A stretch of DNA of 64,000 bases from Candidatus Endomicrobiellum guadaloupense (GCA_031278895.1 JAITJN010000035.1:1380-65379), one strand, 5' to 3'. Counted from the stretch's first letter, positions 8,871 to 19,187 are shown. A program made the numbers and translations. Notes: generated from the letters alone by a model not told the origin.

Positions 8871-9983
8871 TTAATTACCGTACACAGCATACTTTTTATA
8901 AACTTTACCGTTCATCATCTCAGCAGTACGTTGCGTCATTATATTGTCATCAAGAACCCATGACAGTTCACAATGCTTGTAGCCTATTCTTAAAGCATTC
9001 TTTAGGCCTCTTTCATACATAATGGCCTCTATACCTTTATGCCTGTATTCCTTTACAACGCCCATAACCATGAGTCTTAGAGAATCAATCTTTTTTCTAT
9101 AATATAAAAATTCAAAAATACCAAATGGGAAAAATTTCCCGTTGAGTTTTTTTAATACCTGATTGTAATCAGGCAAAGAAATAAGCATACCTATAGGTTC
9201 TTCAGAAATGCTTGCTATAATAATCATCTCAGGGTCCATTATCAGCTTAAGTTTTGAAGCTATTGCTGAAAATTCTTCATCACTCCAAGGAACAAAGCCC
9301 CAGTTTTTCTCCCAAGCTCTATTATATATAGAAATCACAGCTTTTAAATCTTCTTCGTATGAATCTTTATTGACAGTTCTAATTTTTAACCCAGGAAGTT
9401 TTTTCTTAGCCATATCAACAATACGTTCAAGCCTTTTAACCCTTGAGTCAGCTGAAACATCCATATCGTAAGCATATAATTCTTTTATTTTTTTAAGTCC
9501 TGACTGTTCTGTAAGATTCAAGTAATATTGAGGCGTGTAAGGCATCATAAAACTTGGAGGAATATCAAATCCTTCCAATAGAAATCCGCATTCATCATTT
9601 GTAGATGGGTTCATGGGGCCAATCATTTTTTTAATATCCTGTTCATTTAACCATTCTTTGGCTGCACAAAAAAGAGACTTCGCTGTTTGGACATCGTCAA
9701 TACATTCAAAGAAACCAAAAAACCCACACTTGTCATCTTGAAAAGACATATAATTATAGTCTATTATAGCGGCAATTGTGCCAATAACATTATCACTATT
9801 ATCGTAAGCTAAAAACAATTGTCTTCTTGCGTGCAGCCAAAAAGGATTTTTATCTTCAGAAATAATCCATTTTACATCAGAAATTAATGGTGGAACCCAT
9901 TTACTGTTTTTTGAATAGATTTTCCAAGGAAATTTAACAAATTGCTCTATGTGACTTTTATTAATAACTTTCGCTATTCTCAT
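8871..9983 (-). CDS. GNAT-fold acyl-CoA N-acyltransferase-like protein (candidate N-acyltransferase of the adjacent oxoamine-synthase module)
   Basis: 370 aa. The C-terminal half has a GNAT motif-A-like segment (VVKEYRHKGIEAIMY). The N-terminal half reads WVPPL...NPFWLHA...FLAY. Located immediately downstream of the AOS gene. Confidence 0.55.
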   Translation of the reverse strand: MRIAKVINKSHIEQFVKFPWKIYSKNSKWVPPLISDVKWIISEDKNPFWLHARRQLFLAYDNSDNVIGTIAAIIDYNYMSFQDDKCGFFGFFECIDDVQTAKSLFCAAKEWLNEQDIKKMIGPMNPSTNDECGFLLEGFDIPPSFMMPYTPQYYLNLTEQSGLKKIKELYAYDMDVSADSRVKRLERIVDMAKKKLPGLKIRTVNKDSYEEDLKAVISIYNRAWEKNWGFVPWSDEEFSAIASKLKLIMDPEMIIIASISEEPIGMLISLPDYNQVLKKLNGKFFPFGIFEFLYYRKKIDSLRLMVMGVVKEYRHKGIEAIMYERGLKNALRIGYKHCELSWVLDDNIMTQRTAEMMNGKVYKKYAVYGN

Positions 9984-10002
9984 TTGTATATTTCCTAAAA
10001 AA

Positions 10003-11190
10003 TTACGCTATCACGCCAAGATGTTTACCAACTTTTTTAAATTTGTCTAATATAAAATTTAAATGGTCATCTGTATGCGTCGCCATATAGCTTGTTCTTA
10101 TTATTGCTTGCCCTTCAGGAACTGCAGGAGTTACAACAGGAGAAGCAAAGATACCCTCGTCAAAAAGCATTTTCCACATTTTGAAAGCAATTAAGTCGTT
10201 ACCGACGGTTAGAGGTATAATTGGAGACTGAGAATTATTTACATTATATCCCATAAACTTAAATTCTTCTTTCATTTTTTTTGCAGTATTCATCAATCTA
10301 GCTCTTCTATCAGGCTCAGCAACAACCAAATCTAAAGCTGCGTCAATAGCTCCTACGCATGCAGGAGGAAGACTTGCCGTAAAAATCATGCTTCTTGCAT
10401 TATGCTTTATATAATTGATAACTCTAGAATTACTAGCTATAAAACCGCCGATTGAAGCCAAAGATTTTGAAGCTGTAGCCATTATAACATCAACATCATC
10501 TTGCATATTAAAATGTTCACCAGTACCCATACCATTTTTACCCAAAACACCGAGTGAGTGAGCTTCATCAACAAAAATTCTAGCACCATACTTTTTTGCA
10601 AGTTTTGAAATTTCGGGAAGATTTGTAATATCTCCTTCCATACTAAAAATACCATCTACAACTATCAAGATTCCTATTCCTTGATGATTGGAAAGCTGTC
10701 TTTCTAAGTCCGCCATATCGTTATGTCTAAATCTTGCCATTTTACCAAAAGAAAGGCGACAACCATCTATAATTGAAGCATGATCCAATCTATCTGTAAT
10801 TACAACTTCGCCTTTTCCAACAAGCGACGAAATTGCACCTAGATTTGAATGATGTCCTGTGGTAAAAAGAATCGCTTCTTCTTTCCCTGCAAATTTAGCA
10901 AACTTTTTTTCAACTTTTTCATGTAGATCGTTAGTCCCGTTAAGAAATCTTGAACCTGTACAAGAAGTCCCGTATTTCTTTGCAGCGATAACTGAAGATT
11001 CTATAACTTTGAGATGACTTGCAAGACCAAGATAATTATTTGAACAAACAACTATTTTCTTACTGCCATCAACTATAATTTCAGGACCTTGTTCAGACTC
11101 AACTATATGGAAATATGGATAAAAGCCAGTTTGTTTTAGATCATCAGCAGCATGAAAGCTAAAACACTTTTCAAAAACGTCTCTACTCAT
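10003..11190 (-). CDS. PLP-dependent alpha-oxoamine synthase (serine palmitoyltransferase-like, or 2-amino-3-ketobutyrate CoA ligase)
   Basis: 395 aa with NNYLGL, GSRFLNGT, HASIIDG, RFRHN, DEAHS, the PLP-lysine region TASKS, FTASLPP and a C-terminal GKHLGVIA. By recollection, GSRxLNGT, RFRHN and FTASLPP match Sphingomonas Spt better than E. coli Kbl. The C-terminus matches Kbl. Confidence 0.85.
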   Translation of the reverse strand: MSRDVFEKCFSFHAADDLKQTGFYPYFHIVESEQGPEIIVDGSKKIVVCSNNYLGLASHLKVIESSVIAAKKYGTSCTGSRFLNGTNDLHEKVEKKFAKFAGKEEAILFTTGHHSNLGAISSLVGKGEVVITDRLDHASIIDGCRLSFGKMARFRHNDMADLERQLSNHQGIGILIVVDGIFSMEGDITNLPEISKLAKKYGARIFVDEAHSLGVLGKNGMGTGEHFNMQDDVDVIMATASKSLASIGGFIASNSRVINYIKHNARSMIFTASLPPACVGAIDAALDLVVAEPDRRARLMNTAKKMKEEFKFMGYNVNNSQSPIIPLTVGNDLIAFKMWKMLFDEGIFASPVVTPAVPEGQAIIRTSYMATHTDDHLNFILDKFKKVGKHLGVIA

Positions 11191-11217
11191 TTATAGGATC
11201 TCCTTCTGTTTTTGTAT

Positions 11218-12198
11218 CTAAAACCAATTATTTTTCAAATACCAATTATACGTAATTTCAGAAGCAACTTCAAGGCTAGTAAATTTCATATTTAAATCTT
11301 TTTCGGCAGGAAGTGTATCTGCGACCCAAGCATCTTGAAGCATTTCTGTAATTTTTTGTTTGTTTAATACAACAGGTTTTCTGATTATACTAGATAAAGT
11401 TTCCATTATAAAACCTGCTGCTTTAAACATAAAATCTGGAACAGGCAAAGGAATAGTCTTAACCCCTACAGATAAAGATATTATTCTTCCTATATCACCC
11501 CAAGTATATGTTGATGAATTTGCAAGGTAGTAAGTATTATTATTTATTTTTGTATTTCCAAGAGAAGAAAGTACAGATTTTGCAATATCTTTAACATATA
11601 CAAGCTGCAAAAGTCTTTTCTTTAATGTTATAGGTCTTAAGTGTCTATGTACCAGACTGAACAATATAAATATATCTTTATCTCTAGGGCCATAAACACC
11701 TGCAGGACGGAAAATTATATATGGAATTTTATCTTCAAGGATTTTCTTTAATTCTTTTTCTGCCTCTATTTTACTTAAACCATAGTCTGAAACAGGTTTA
11801 GGAATATCCATAATTTTTCTTACAGTTCCAAGTTGCGATGCGCCCATTGCTGCTTGTGAGGAAATAAATATAAACTTTTTTAAACTTGGATTATTGTTTA
11901 AAACTGATTCGCAAAGATTTTTTGTACTTTTTACATTTGTTTTAAAATATTCTTCCTTATCCATTGCGCGGACAACTCCTGCGCAATGAATAACAAAATC
12001 TACATCTTTTATTACTTCTTTCAAGAAAGCTTTATTATTTAAATCTCCATATTTATATTCTAAAGGAAGATTTTTAATCCATCTTAAATTTGATTTCTGT
12101 CTTACAGTACATATCACTTTATGTTTAGCTTCTACTAATGCCTCTGCAATATGGCTTCCAACAAATCCGCCCGCACCAGTAAGTAAAATTTTAGACAT
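11218..12198 (-). CDS. NAD(P)-dependent extended SDR (epimerase/dehydratase family reductase)
   Basis: I moved the start to MSKILLTGAGGFVGSH (12198). Contains a Rossmann GxxGxxG motif and the catalytic YGLSK. 326 aa. Confidence 0.8.
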   Translation of the reverse strand: MSKILLTGAGGFVGSHIAEALVEAKHKVICTVRQKSNLRWIKNLPLEYKYGDLNNKAFLKEVIKDVDFVIHCAGVVRAMDKEEYFKTNVKSTKNLCESVLNNNPSLKKFIFISSQAAMGASQLGTVRKIMDIPKPVSDYGLSKIEAEKELKKILEDKIPYIIFRPAGVYGPRDKDIFILFSLVHRHLRPITLKKRLLQLVYVKDIAKSVLSSLGNTKINNNTYYLANSSTYTWGDIGRIISLSVGVKTIPLPVPDFMFKAAGFIMETLSSIIRKPVVLNKQKITEMLQDAWVADTLPAEKDLNMKFTSLEVASEITYNWYLKNNWF

Positions 12199-12262
12199 AT
12201 ATTCACCTTTTATCTTATTAACTATACAATGATATCCTGACTTTTTGCTATTTGAGGAAACT

Positions 12263-12617
12263 CTAAAATCTTTTATCCAGTTTAATAAACTCAAGATTAA
12301 AGACTATTGCATTCATAACTTCTTTCCCTGCACTATAATGAACTATGCTTGCATCATCTACGCATTGTGTTTTATCTTTACGAATTTTCTCATCTCTAAG
12401 AGATATTCTAAAAAGATCTGCAGTCAGTTCTTGACTGTTCATATAATTCAAAGTCTTCTGCTTTGGAAAAAGATATTTTTATGATTTGTTTTCTATGGAC
12501 ACAATTTCGAACTATTAAATAACAAGCATAACGAGGTAAATTATAATCGAGAATAGACCTTTTTATTATATTCCAAAACTTGAGCAAGCTCGCATGCAAG
12601 CTGGAATTCACTACCAT
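12263..12617 (-). pseudogene. DinD/Bro-N-type DNA-damage-inducible protein D-like gene remnant (frameshifted, N-terminally truncated)
   Basis: Two overlapping short ORFs in different frames. The first reads ...DYNLPRYACYLIVRN..RK.. (compare DinD L(T/S)RYACYLIAQNGDPRK). The second reads ..ELTADLFRISLRDEKIRKDK....GKEV (compare ..ANLFRxTQTExKLRRE..). Together they are far shorter than an intact homologue. Confidence 0.6.
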
Positions 12618-12744
12618 TTGTCTATACGTTTTATATCTTTAAAACTTTTATACTCTATCGCTCATCTTAAAATCCTATTATTCAAGAATTTTATTTCTTA
12701 TCATTATGAAAAGACTTACTTTCCAGCACGATTTGGCATTTTAG

Positions 12745-12776
12745 ATTAAAAAATGTCACGCACTTTTTTCGTGGCT
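12745..12776 (-). terminator. Possible intrinsic terminator after the hydrogenase gene
   Basis: Minus-strand RNA reads GCCACG-N9-CGUGAC (5 of 6 pairs) followed by AUUUUUU. The stem is weak. Confidence 0.35.
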
Positions 12777-12783
12777 TTATAAA

Positions 12784-14244
12784 CTAAAAATTACTTTTTT
12801 CTATATCTTTACTTTGATCGTATAATGCTTTTATCGCCTTCTGTGCTATTCTCGGCGCACAAACAGTAGCGTTTCCACCAATACAGCCGCCTTCACAGCC
12901 CATAACTTCCACTAAATTACCTTCAAGACATTTTCTGTCTTTGACCATCTTTTTTAACTGCTTTATTGTTTCTTTATTTAAACCGTTAATGACGTGAGTC
13001 TTTACAAAACCTTTTTTATCATCTAAAAGTTTCACCACAGCACCTGCAACCCCGCCTGTAACTCCAAAATTGCGTCCCTGTTTTGAGCTTTCAACATCGA
13101 ACTTCTCTTCAGCGCAATTTTGAACTTTAATATCTTTAGCCGATAACAAAGCTGCAATTTCTTCATAATTTATAACATAATTAACATTTTCATCACCACA
13201 AGCTTCATTTTTTTTAGCAACACAAGGACTTACAAAAACAGTAATATAGTCCTGGTGTTGTTCTTTAACCTTTTGAGCTATATAATACATAGGCGTTTTT
13301 GTAGTTGACACAAAGTCTTTTATCTCTGGCAAATGCTTTTTTATAAATTGATTATATCCGGCACAACATGAAGTGGTCATAAAAGATTCACCTGCTTCCA
13401 TACGCTCATCAAACTCATGGGCTTCATTTTCAGTGGTAATATCGGCTCCTTGAGCAACTTCATATACATCATAAAACCCAGCTTTTTTTAAAGCTGTTTT
13501 CAGTTGATATACAGATCCCTGAAGCTGGCCAACAATAGAAGGCGCTATCATAGAAACAACTTTCTTACCAGCTTTAATATTTTTTAAAACATCAATTATC
13601 TGGCTTTTCTCGTTGACGGCTCCAAATGGGCATGCCATCATGCATTTGCCGCATGATATACAAACATTGTAATCTATTTTAGTTGTACCATTTTCATTCT
13701 TTTTAATAGCGTTTACAGGACACGCATCTTCGCAAGGAACTGCTATTTTCACTATAGCATTATATGGACACGCTGGCACACACATTTTACAGTTTTTGCA
13801 TTTAGCAGGATCTATTTTAGATTTACTGTTTACAATGCTTATAGCGCCAAACTTACACGCAGTTTTGCAAGATCTTGCTACACACCCTTGGCATATATCC
13901 GTAACATAAATTCTTTTTGGAACACAGCCCTGACATGCAGTTTCAATAAGAGTAAGAGGTTTATCATCAATATGTTCGCGTTCAAGAGCTTTTTTTGCAT
14001 AAATAAATAAATCAACAGATTCATCAGCATCTTCTATAGAGAAACCAAGCCCTGCTATAACTCTATCTCTTAAAATCGCTCTCTCTTTATAAATACAGCA
14101 TCTATAAAGAACCTCGTATCCCTTTGGACGCATTCCTAAAGGGATACTACGAGTACTCTCTTCAAAATTGTCTGAGAAAAATGCTCTTATTATTCTTTCT
14201 AATACTTCTTTCTTTAAACCTATTTCCTGGTTCTTGTTATTCAT
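12784..14244 (-). CDS. [FeFe]-hydrogenase catalytic subunit, group-B-like, with N-terminal multi-[4Fe-4S] domain
   Basis: 486 aa with several CxxCxxCxxxCP ferredoxin motifs. The H-cluster motifs are TSCCAG (L1 variant), SPCVAKKNE (L2) and EVMGCEGGCIGG (L3). Confidence 0.85.
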   Translation of the reverse strand: MNNKNQEIGLKKEVLERIIRAFFSDNFEESTRSIPLGMRPKGYEVLYRCCIYKERAILRDRVIAGLGFSIEDADESVDLFIYAKKALEREHIDDKPLTLIETACQGCVPKRIYVTDICQGCVARSCKTACKFGAISIVNSKSKIDPAKCKNCKMCVPACPYNAIVKIAVPCEDACPVNAIKKNENGTTKIDYNVCISCGKCMMACPFGAVNEKSQIIDVLKNIKAGKKVVSMIAPSIVGQLQGSVYQLKTALKKAGFYDVYEVAQGADITTENEAHEFDERMEAGESFMTTSCCAGYNQFIKKHLPEIKDFVSTTKTPMYYIAQKVKEQHQDYITVFVSPCVAKKNEACGDENVNYVINYEEIAALLSAKDIKVQNCAEEKFDVESSKQGRNFGVTGGVAGAVVKLLDDKKGFVKTHVINGLNKETIKQLKKMVKDRKCLEGNLVEVMGCEGGCIGGNATVCAPRIAQKAIKALYDQSKDIEKSNF

Positions 14245-14260
14245 TCTTTTCCTGCTTTAA

Positions 14261-16900
14261 TTATTCTATTTCTCCATTGTATGCTTTTAGGAAAACCTCT
14301 TTAATATCCTCCATCAAAGGATATACAGGGTTTGCACCTGTGCACTGATCGTCAAAAGCCTGCTCAACCAATGTATTAAGTTTATCCTTAAAATCTTTCT
14401 CAGAAACACCCATTTCTTTTATTGAAAGAGGTATCTGAATATCTTTCTTAAGCTGAGTTATAGCATTAATCAACAACTCTACTTTGTCGTCATCATTCTT
14501 TCCGCCAAGTCCTAGCTCATCAGTAATCTGTCCGTATTTTGCTTTCGCATTTGGGAATTTGTACTGTGGGAATATTGCTTGTTTTCTAGGCTTATCAGTT
14601 GCATTGTATCTTATAACTTGATTGATAACCAATGCATTTGCAATTCCATGTGGAATATTAAATGCTGCACCAAGCTTATGAGCTAACGAGTGTGATAGTC
14701 CCAAGAAAGCATTTGCAAAAGCCATACCAGCTAATGTAGAGGCATAATGCATTTTCTCTCTTGCTATTGGATCATCTCCACCTTTTGAATAAGAGCGAGG
14801 TAAATATCTAAATATAAGCTTAACAGCTTCTAATGCCGGAGAATTTGTGAAGTTTGTGGCAAGTACAGAAACATAGGCTTCTAAAGCATGTGTTAAAGCG
14901 TCTATTCCAGAAGCAGCACAAAGAGCTTTAGGCATAGAGTCTACAAAATTTGGATCAATTATTGCCATATTAGGAGTCAATGCATAATCTGCTATAGGGT
15001 ATTTAATGTGAGTTGAATCTTCTGTAATTACAGCAAATGGAGTAACTTCAGATCCAGTTCCAGAAGTGGTAGGTATAGCAATTAACTGAGCTTTAGTTCC
15101 AAGTTCAGGTATTTTGCAGATTCTCTTTCTTATATCCATAAAGCGCATTGCCACGTCTTTGAAATCTGTATCTGGATTTTCATACATCAACCACATAATT
15201 TTTGCTGCATCTATTGGAGAACCACCTCCAAAAGCGATAATAATATCAGGCTCGTAAGTTCTAAGCATAGACAATGCTTCGTTTATAGTTGAAACAGTAG
15301 GGTCTGGTTTTACATCAAAGAATATTTGATAGTCAACATTTATTTCTTCCAAAACTTTAGTTATATTGTAGATAGAGCCAGAATTAAAAAGAAATCTGTC
15401 TGTAACTATAAATGCACGCTTTTTACCTTCAAGTTCGCGTAGAGCTAAATCTGTAGCGCCTCTTTTAAAATAAATTTTTGGAGGAATTCTAAACCACAAC
15501 ATATTTTCACGTCTTTCTGCAACAGTTTTATAATTCAAAAGGTGTTTTACCCCAACGTTCTCACTCACAGCGTTTCCTCCCCATGAGCCGCAACCAAGAG
15601 TTAATGACGGCTCTAGTTTAAAGTTAAACAAATCTCCTATTCCACCTTGTGATGATGGGGTATTAATCAATACTCTTCCTGTATGCAGTTTGTTTGCGAA
15701 ATAATTTATTCTCTCTTTTTTTCTTTCGTCAGTATATAAAACTGAAGTATGCCCTGCACCACCAAGCTCTACAAGTTGATAAGCTTTTTCAACAGCATCC
15801 TCAAAATTATCAGCTTTATATATTGCTATTACAGGAGATAACTTCTCGTGGGCAAATTCTTCGTCTAAAGAAATTTCGCTAACTTCACCCGCAATAACTT
15901 TGGCGTCCTTAGGGACTTTAACTCCAGCCATCTCAGCTATTTTATATGCAGGCTGACCTACAATAGCAGCGTTTAGTTTTCCATCATTGATTATGGTTTT
16001 TGCAACTTTATCTTTTTCTTGTTTATTTAGTATGTAAGCTCCACGAAACGTCAATTCTTTTATAACTGTATCATAAATATCTTTAACGATTATTATTGAT
16101 TGTTCTGAAGCACAAATCATACCATTATCAAATGTTTTTGACATAAGAATAGAAGAAACCGCCATCTGGATATTACCAGTTTCGTCAATAATTGCAGGTG
16201 TATTTCCAGCACCTACACCCAAAGCAGGCTTTCCAGAAGAATAAGCAGCTCTAACCATTCCCGGTCCGCCTGTGGCAAGGATTGTTGCTATATCTTTATG
16301 CGTCATGAGCAAATTTGTAAGTTCTAAAGATGGTACATCTATCCAAGCTATTATATTTTCAGGCGCACCTGCTTTAACAGCAGCATCAAGAATAATTTTA
16401 GCTGCAGCTATTGTAGAATTCTTTGCTCTAGGATGAGGCGAGAAAATAATCCCATTTCTCGTTTTTAAAGCAATTAAAGATTTAAATATCGCTGTAGATG
16501 TAGGATTTGTCGTCGGCACTATGCCTGCAATAATACCGATAGGGTCTGCTACTATTTTAATCCCATTAGCTTTATCTTCACTTATAAGTCCGCAGGTGCG
16601 AGCGTCTTTATGTTTATTGTAGATATATTCGCAAGCAAAATGGTTTTTTATAACCTTATCTTCAACGATTCCCATACCAGTTTCTTCAACTGCCATTTTT
16701 GCTAATGGAATTCTTGCTTGATTAGCTGCAATAGCCGCAGCTTTGAAAATCTCGTCAACCTGCTCTTGTGTAAAGCTTGAATAAGTTTCCTGCGCTTTTT
16801 TCACTCGATCTAAAAGAGCATTAAGGGCATCAGGAGTATCTATTAACGAAGTCTGATTTTTAACACTCTGCTGTTGAACGTCCATTACTTTTTTCGGCAT
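14261..16900 (-). CDS. adhE: Bifunctional acetaldehyde-CoA/alcohol dehydrogenase
   Basis: 879 aa with an N-terminal aldehyde dehydrogenase domain (catalytic ...NGMICASEQS...) fused to an iron-containing alcohol dehydrogenase domain (GGGSPIDAAK). Confidence 0.97.
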   Translation of the reverse strand: MPKKVMDVQQQSVKNQTSLIDTPDALNALLDRVKKAQETYSSFTQEQVDEIFKAAAIAANQARIPLAKMAVEETGMGIVEDKVIKNHFACEYIYNKHKDARTCGLISEDKANGIKIVADPIGIIAGIVPTTNPTSTAIFKSLIALKTRNGIIFSPHPRAKNSTIAAAKIILDAAVKAGAPENIIAWIDVPSLELTNLLMTHKDIATILATGGPGMVRAAYSSGKPALGVGAGNTPAIIDETGNIQMAVSSILMSKTFDNGMICASEQSIIIVKDIYDTVIKELTFRGAYILNKQEKDKVAKTIINDGKLNAAIVGQPAYKIAEMAGVKVPKDAKVIAGEVSEISLDEEFAHEKLSPVIAIYKADNFEDAVEKAYQLVELGGAGHTSVLYTDERKKERINYFANKLHTGRVLINTPSSQGGIGDLFNFKLEPSLTLGCGSWGGNAVSENVGVKHLLNYKTVAERRENMLWFRIPPKIYFKRGATDLALRELEGKKRAFIVTDRFLFNSGSIYNITKVLEEINVDYQIFFDVKPDPTVSTINEALSMLRTYEPDIIIAFGGGSPIDAAKIMWLMYENPDTDFKDVAMRFMDIRKRICKIPELGTKAQLIAIPTTSGTGSEVTPFAVITEDSTHIKYPIADYALTPNMAIIDPNFVDSMPKALCAASGIDALTHALEAYVSVLATNFTNSPALEAVKLIFRYLPRSYSKGGDDPIAREKMHYASTLAGMAFANAFLGLSHSLAHKLGAAFNIPHGIANALVINQVIRYNATDKPRKQAIFPQYKFPNAKAKYGQITDELGLGGKNDDDKVELLINAITQLKKDIQIPLSIKEMGVSEKDFKDKLNTLVEQAFDDQCTGANPVYPLMEDIKEVFLKAYNGEIE

Positions 16901-17010
16901 TTATGTCTCTCCTTTGGTTATACCAACAAAAACTATCTTCGCTTTTACAAGCTCCTTTCGGTTTCATCTTATAGCAAAGCAGAACAGACAAACCAAGTAC
17001 ATAAACTTAT

Positions 17011-18240
17011 TTAGTTACACCTTACAGATTTTATTTCTTTTATTATATTGGGAATTATTTCATACAAATCGCCTTCTAAAGCATATGTTGCTGTCTGCAT
17101 CATTGGGCAAGATGCATCTTTATTTATTGCAATAATAATATCTGAAGAATTCATTCCAACAGTATGTTGTATTTGTCCAGATATTCCACACGCTATATAC
17201 ACTTTAGGGACAACTGTTTTTCCTGTTTGACCTATCTGATGCGAATATGGTATCCATTCAGAATCTACAGCAGCTCTTGAAGCACCTACAGCGCCGTCAA
17301 GAAGCTCAGCAAGTTCCTCAAGAAGTTCAAAGCCTTCAGCTTTACCAATACCTCTTCCTCCGGATACAATAATATCAGCATCGCCAATATTAATATTTGA
17401 GCTTGAATCTTTTATAAAACCTAAAAATTTTGTTCTGTTGACTAATGTATCAACTTCAATTTTACAATCTACAATTTCGCCTTTTCTTCCTTCCTCTACT
17501 TTTGCCTCTTTAAAGACTTTATGTCTAACTGTAGACATTTGAGGTCGATGGCCGGGAGTTAAAATAGTAGCCATAATATTTCCGCCAAAAGCAGGTCTAG
17601 TTTGTTGGAGATTTCTTGTTTCAGGATCAATTTCTAAAGATGTACAGTCTGCCGTAAGACCTGTATGAATTCTTGCAGCAACTCTTGAAGCAAAAGAACG
17701 ACCTATATTTGTAGCACCAATCAAAATAATCTCAGGTTTTTCTTTCTTTATAATTTGAGTCAATATACTTGTATAAGGATCATCTTGGAATTCAATAAAA
17801 ATTGGATCGTCACAAATATAAACTTTGTCAGCGCCTCTATTTATCAAATCTTGAGCTTTTGATTTTATATTGTCACCAATTAAAACAGCGCTGAGGGTTG
17901 TACCCAACTGTTTTGCAAGTCTTTTTCCTTCATTTAGAAGTTCGTACACTACACCTGCAATTTCTCCATGTCTTTGTTGAGCATAAACCCATACGCCTTT
18001 GTATTCACTTTTATCAACACCTGCTTGAGACGCGTCTTTCGTAAGATCTATTGCATTAAACTTACACTTCTCTACACAAGTTCTACAATATGTACATTTG
18101 TTTAAATCTATAACTGCCAACTTAAATTTCTTAGGATGTTCAGATCTCTCAATCATTGAAATAGCGCCAAAAGGGCATGCTCCTGCACATTGTCCACAAC
18201 CGACGCATTTATCATTTAATACTTTTATACTGTTTGCCAT
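17011..18240 (-). CDS. etfA: Electron transfer flavoprotein alpha subunit with N-terminal 2x[4Fe-4S] ferredoxin domain
   Basis: 409 aa with CVGCGQCAGACP and CTYCRTCVEKC followed by the EtfA core (...VSGGRGIG...YIACGISGQIQH...). Confidence 0.9.
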   Translation of the reverse strand: MANSIKVLNDKCVGCGQCAGACPFGAISMIERSEHPKKFKLAVIDLNKCTYCRTCVEKCKFNAIDLTKDASQAGVDKSEYKGVWVYAQQRHGEIAGVVYELLNEGKRLAKQLGTTLSAVLIGDNIKSKAQDLINRGADKVYICDDPIFIEFQDDPYTSILTQIIKKEKPEIILIGATNIGRSFASRVAARIHTGLTADCTSLEIDPETRNLQQTRPAFGGNIMATILTPGHRPQMSTVRHKVFKEAKVEEGRKGEIVDCKIEVDTLVNRTKFLGFIKDSSSNINIGDADIIVSGGRGIGKAEGFELLEELAELLDGAVGASRAAVDSEWIPYSHQIGQTGKTVVPKVYIACGISGQIQHTVGMNSSDIIIAINKDASCPMMQTATYALEGDLYEIIPNIIKEIKSVRCN

Positions 18241-18289
18241 TTACAATTTCTCCATTCTAAAAAGCTATATTCAAAAAACAAATTCTCTT

Positions 18290-19075
18290 CTATATAAGGT
18301 TTAAGTCAGATAATCTCTTCACTAAAGCCGCAGCAACTTCATTAGACTCTCCAGTAAATTTTTCTCCACCTGTTCTTTGGGGTGGAGTAAAGATTTTCAT
18401 AACCTGAGTAGGAGATCCATTAAGACCAGTCTTTCTAGTATCAGCGCCAATTGCTGCAGCATCTAAAATTTTAATAACTGCTTTTTTGGCTGCCATTTTG
18501 CCTTTTAATGACGGCACTCTTGGATTATTTATTTCTTTAACTACAGTTAAAAGAACTGGAAGTGAACTTTCTATTAAATCGTAACCATCTTCCATCATTC
18601 TTTCAACCTTTATAGTTTTATCATCAGTTGATTCTACTTTTTTAACATAAGCTACATGTGGAATATCCAACATCTCTGCAATTCCAGGTCCTACTTGAGC
18701 AGTATCACCATCTGAGGCCTGTTTACCACAAATAACTATATCAAAACTACCTAATGATTTTATAGCCGTTGACAAAGCATAGGAGGTGGCCAAAGTGTCG
18801 GCTCCGACAAAAGCTCTATCACTTACTAAAACACCTTCGTCTGCACCTTTTGCTACAGCTTCTCTTAAAATAGCTTCTGCCTGAGGCGGTCCCATGGTAA
18901 TAACCGTTACTTTCCCGCAAGCTTTTTCTTTTATTCTTACACCTTCTTCTATAGCATACTCGTCAAAAGGATTTATTATAGATTCTACTCCCTCTCTTTT
19001 TAATCTGCCAGTCTCATGATCAATTTGAACATTTGTGGTATTAGGGACCTGCTTGATGCAAACAATTATATTCAT
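18290..19075 (-). CDS. etfB: Electron transfer flavoprotein beta subunit
   Basis: 261 aa starting MNIIVCIKQVPNT.. with the ..CGKQASDGDTAQVGP.. pattern of EtfB. Confidence 0.92.
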   Translation of the reverse strand: MNIIVCIKQVPNTTNVQIDHETGRLKREGVESIINPFDEYAIEEGVRIKEKACGKVTVITMGPPQAEAILREAVAKGADEGVLVSDRAFVGADTLATSYALSTAIKSLGSFDIVICGKQASDGDTAQVGPGIAEMLDIPHVAYVKKVESTDDKTIKVERMMEDGYDLIESSLPVLLTVVKEINNPRVPSLKGKMAAKKAVIKILDAAAIGADTRKTGLNGSPTQVMKIFTPPQRTGGEKFTGESNEVAAALVKRLSDLNLI

Positions 19076-19100
19076 TCTTCTCCTCTCTATTTCATAATCG

Positions 19101-19159
19101 TCTTAAAAACACAAAAGTGGAACTACGACAAATTATAAACTTTTGTCTTTACTCCACTT
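19101..19159 (-). terminator. Long hairpin plus U-tract between the acyl-CoA dehydrogenase gene and etfB (terminator or attenuator)
   Basis: The outer stem pairs AAGTGGA (19115-19121) with TCCACTT (19153-19159). The inner stem pairs GACAAA (19127-19132) with TTTGTC (19142-19147). On the minus-strand RNA the hairpin is followed by UUUUGUGUUUUU. Confidence 0.45.
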
Positions 19160-19187
19160 ATGCTGTATTTCAAAGATTTATCTTTTC

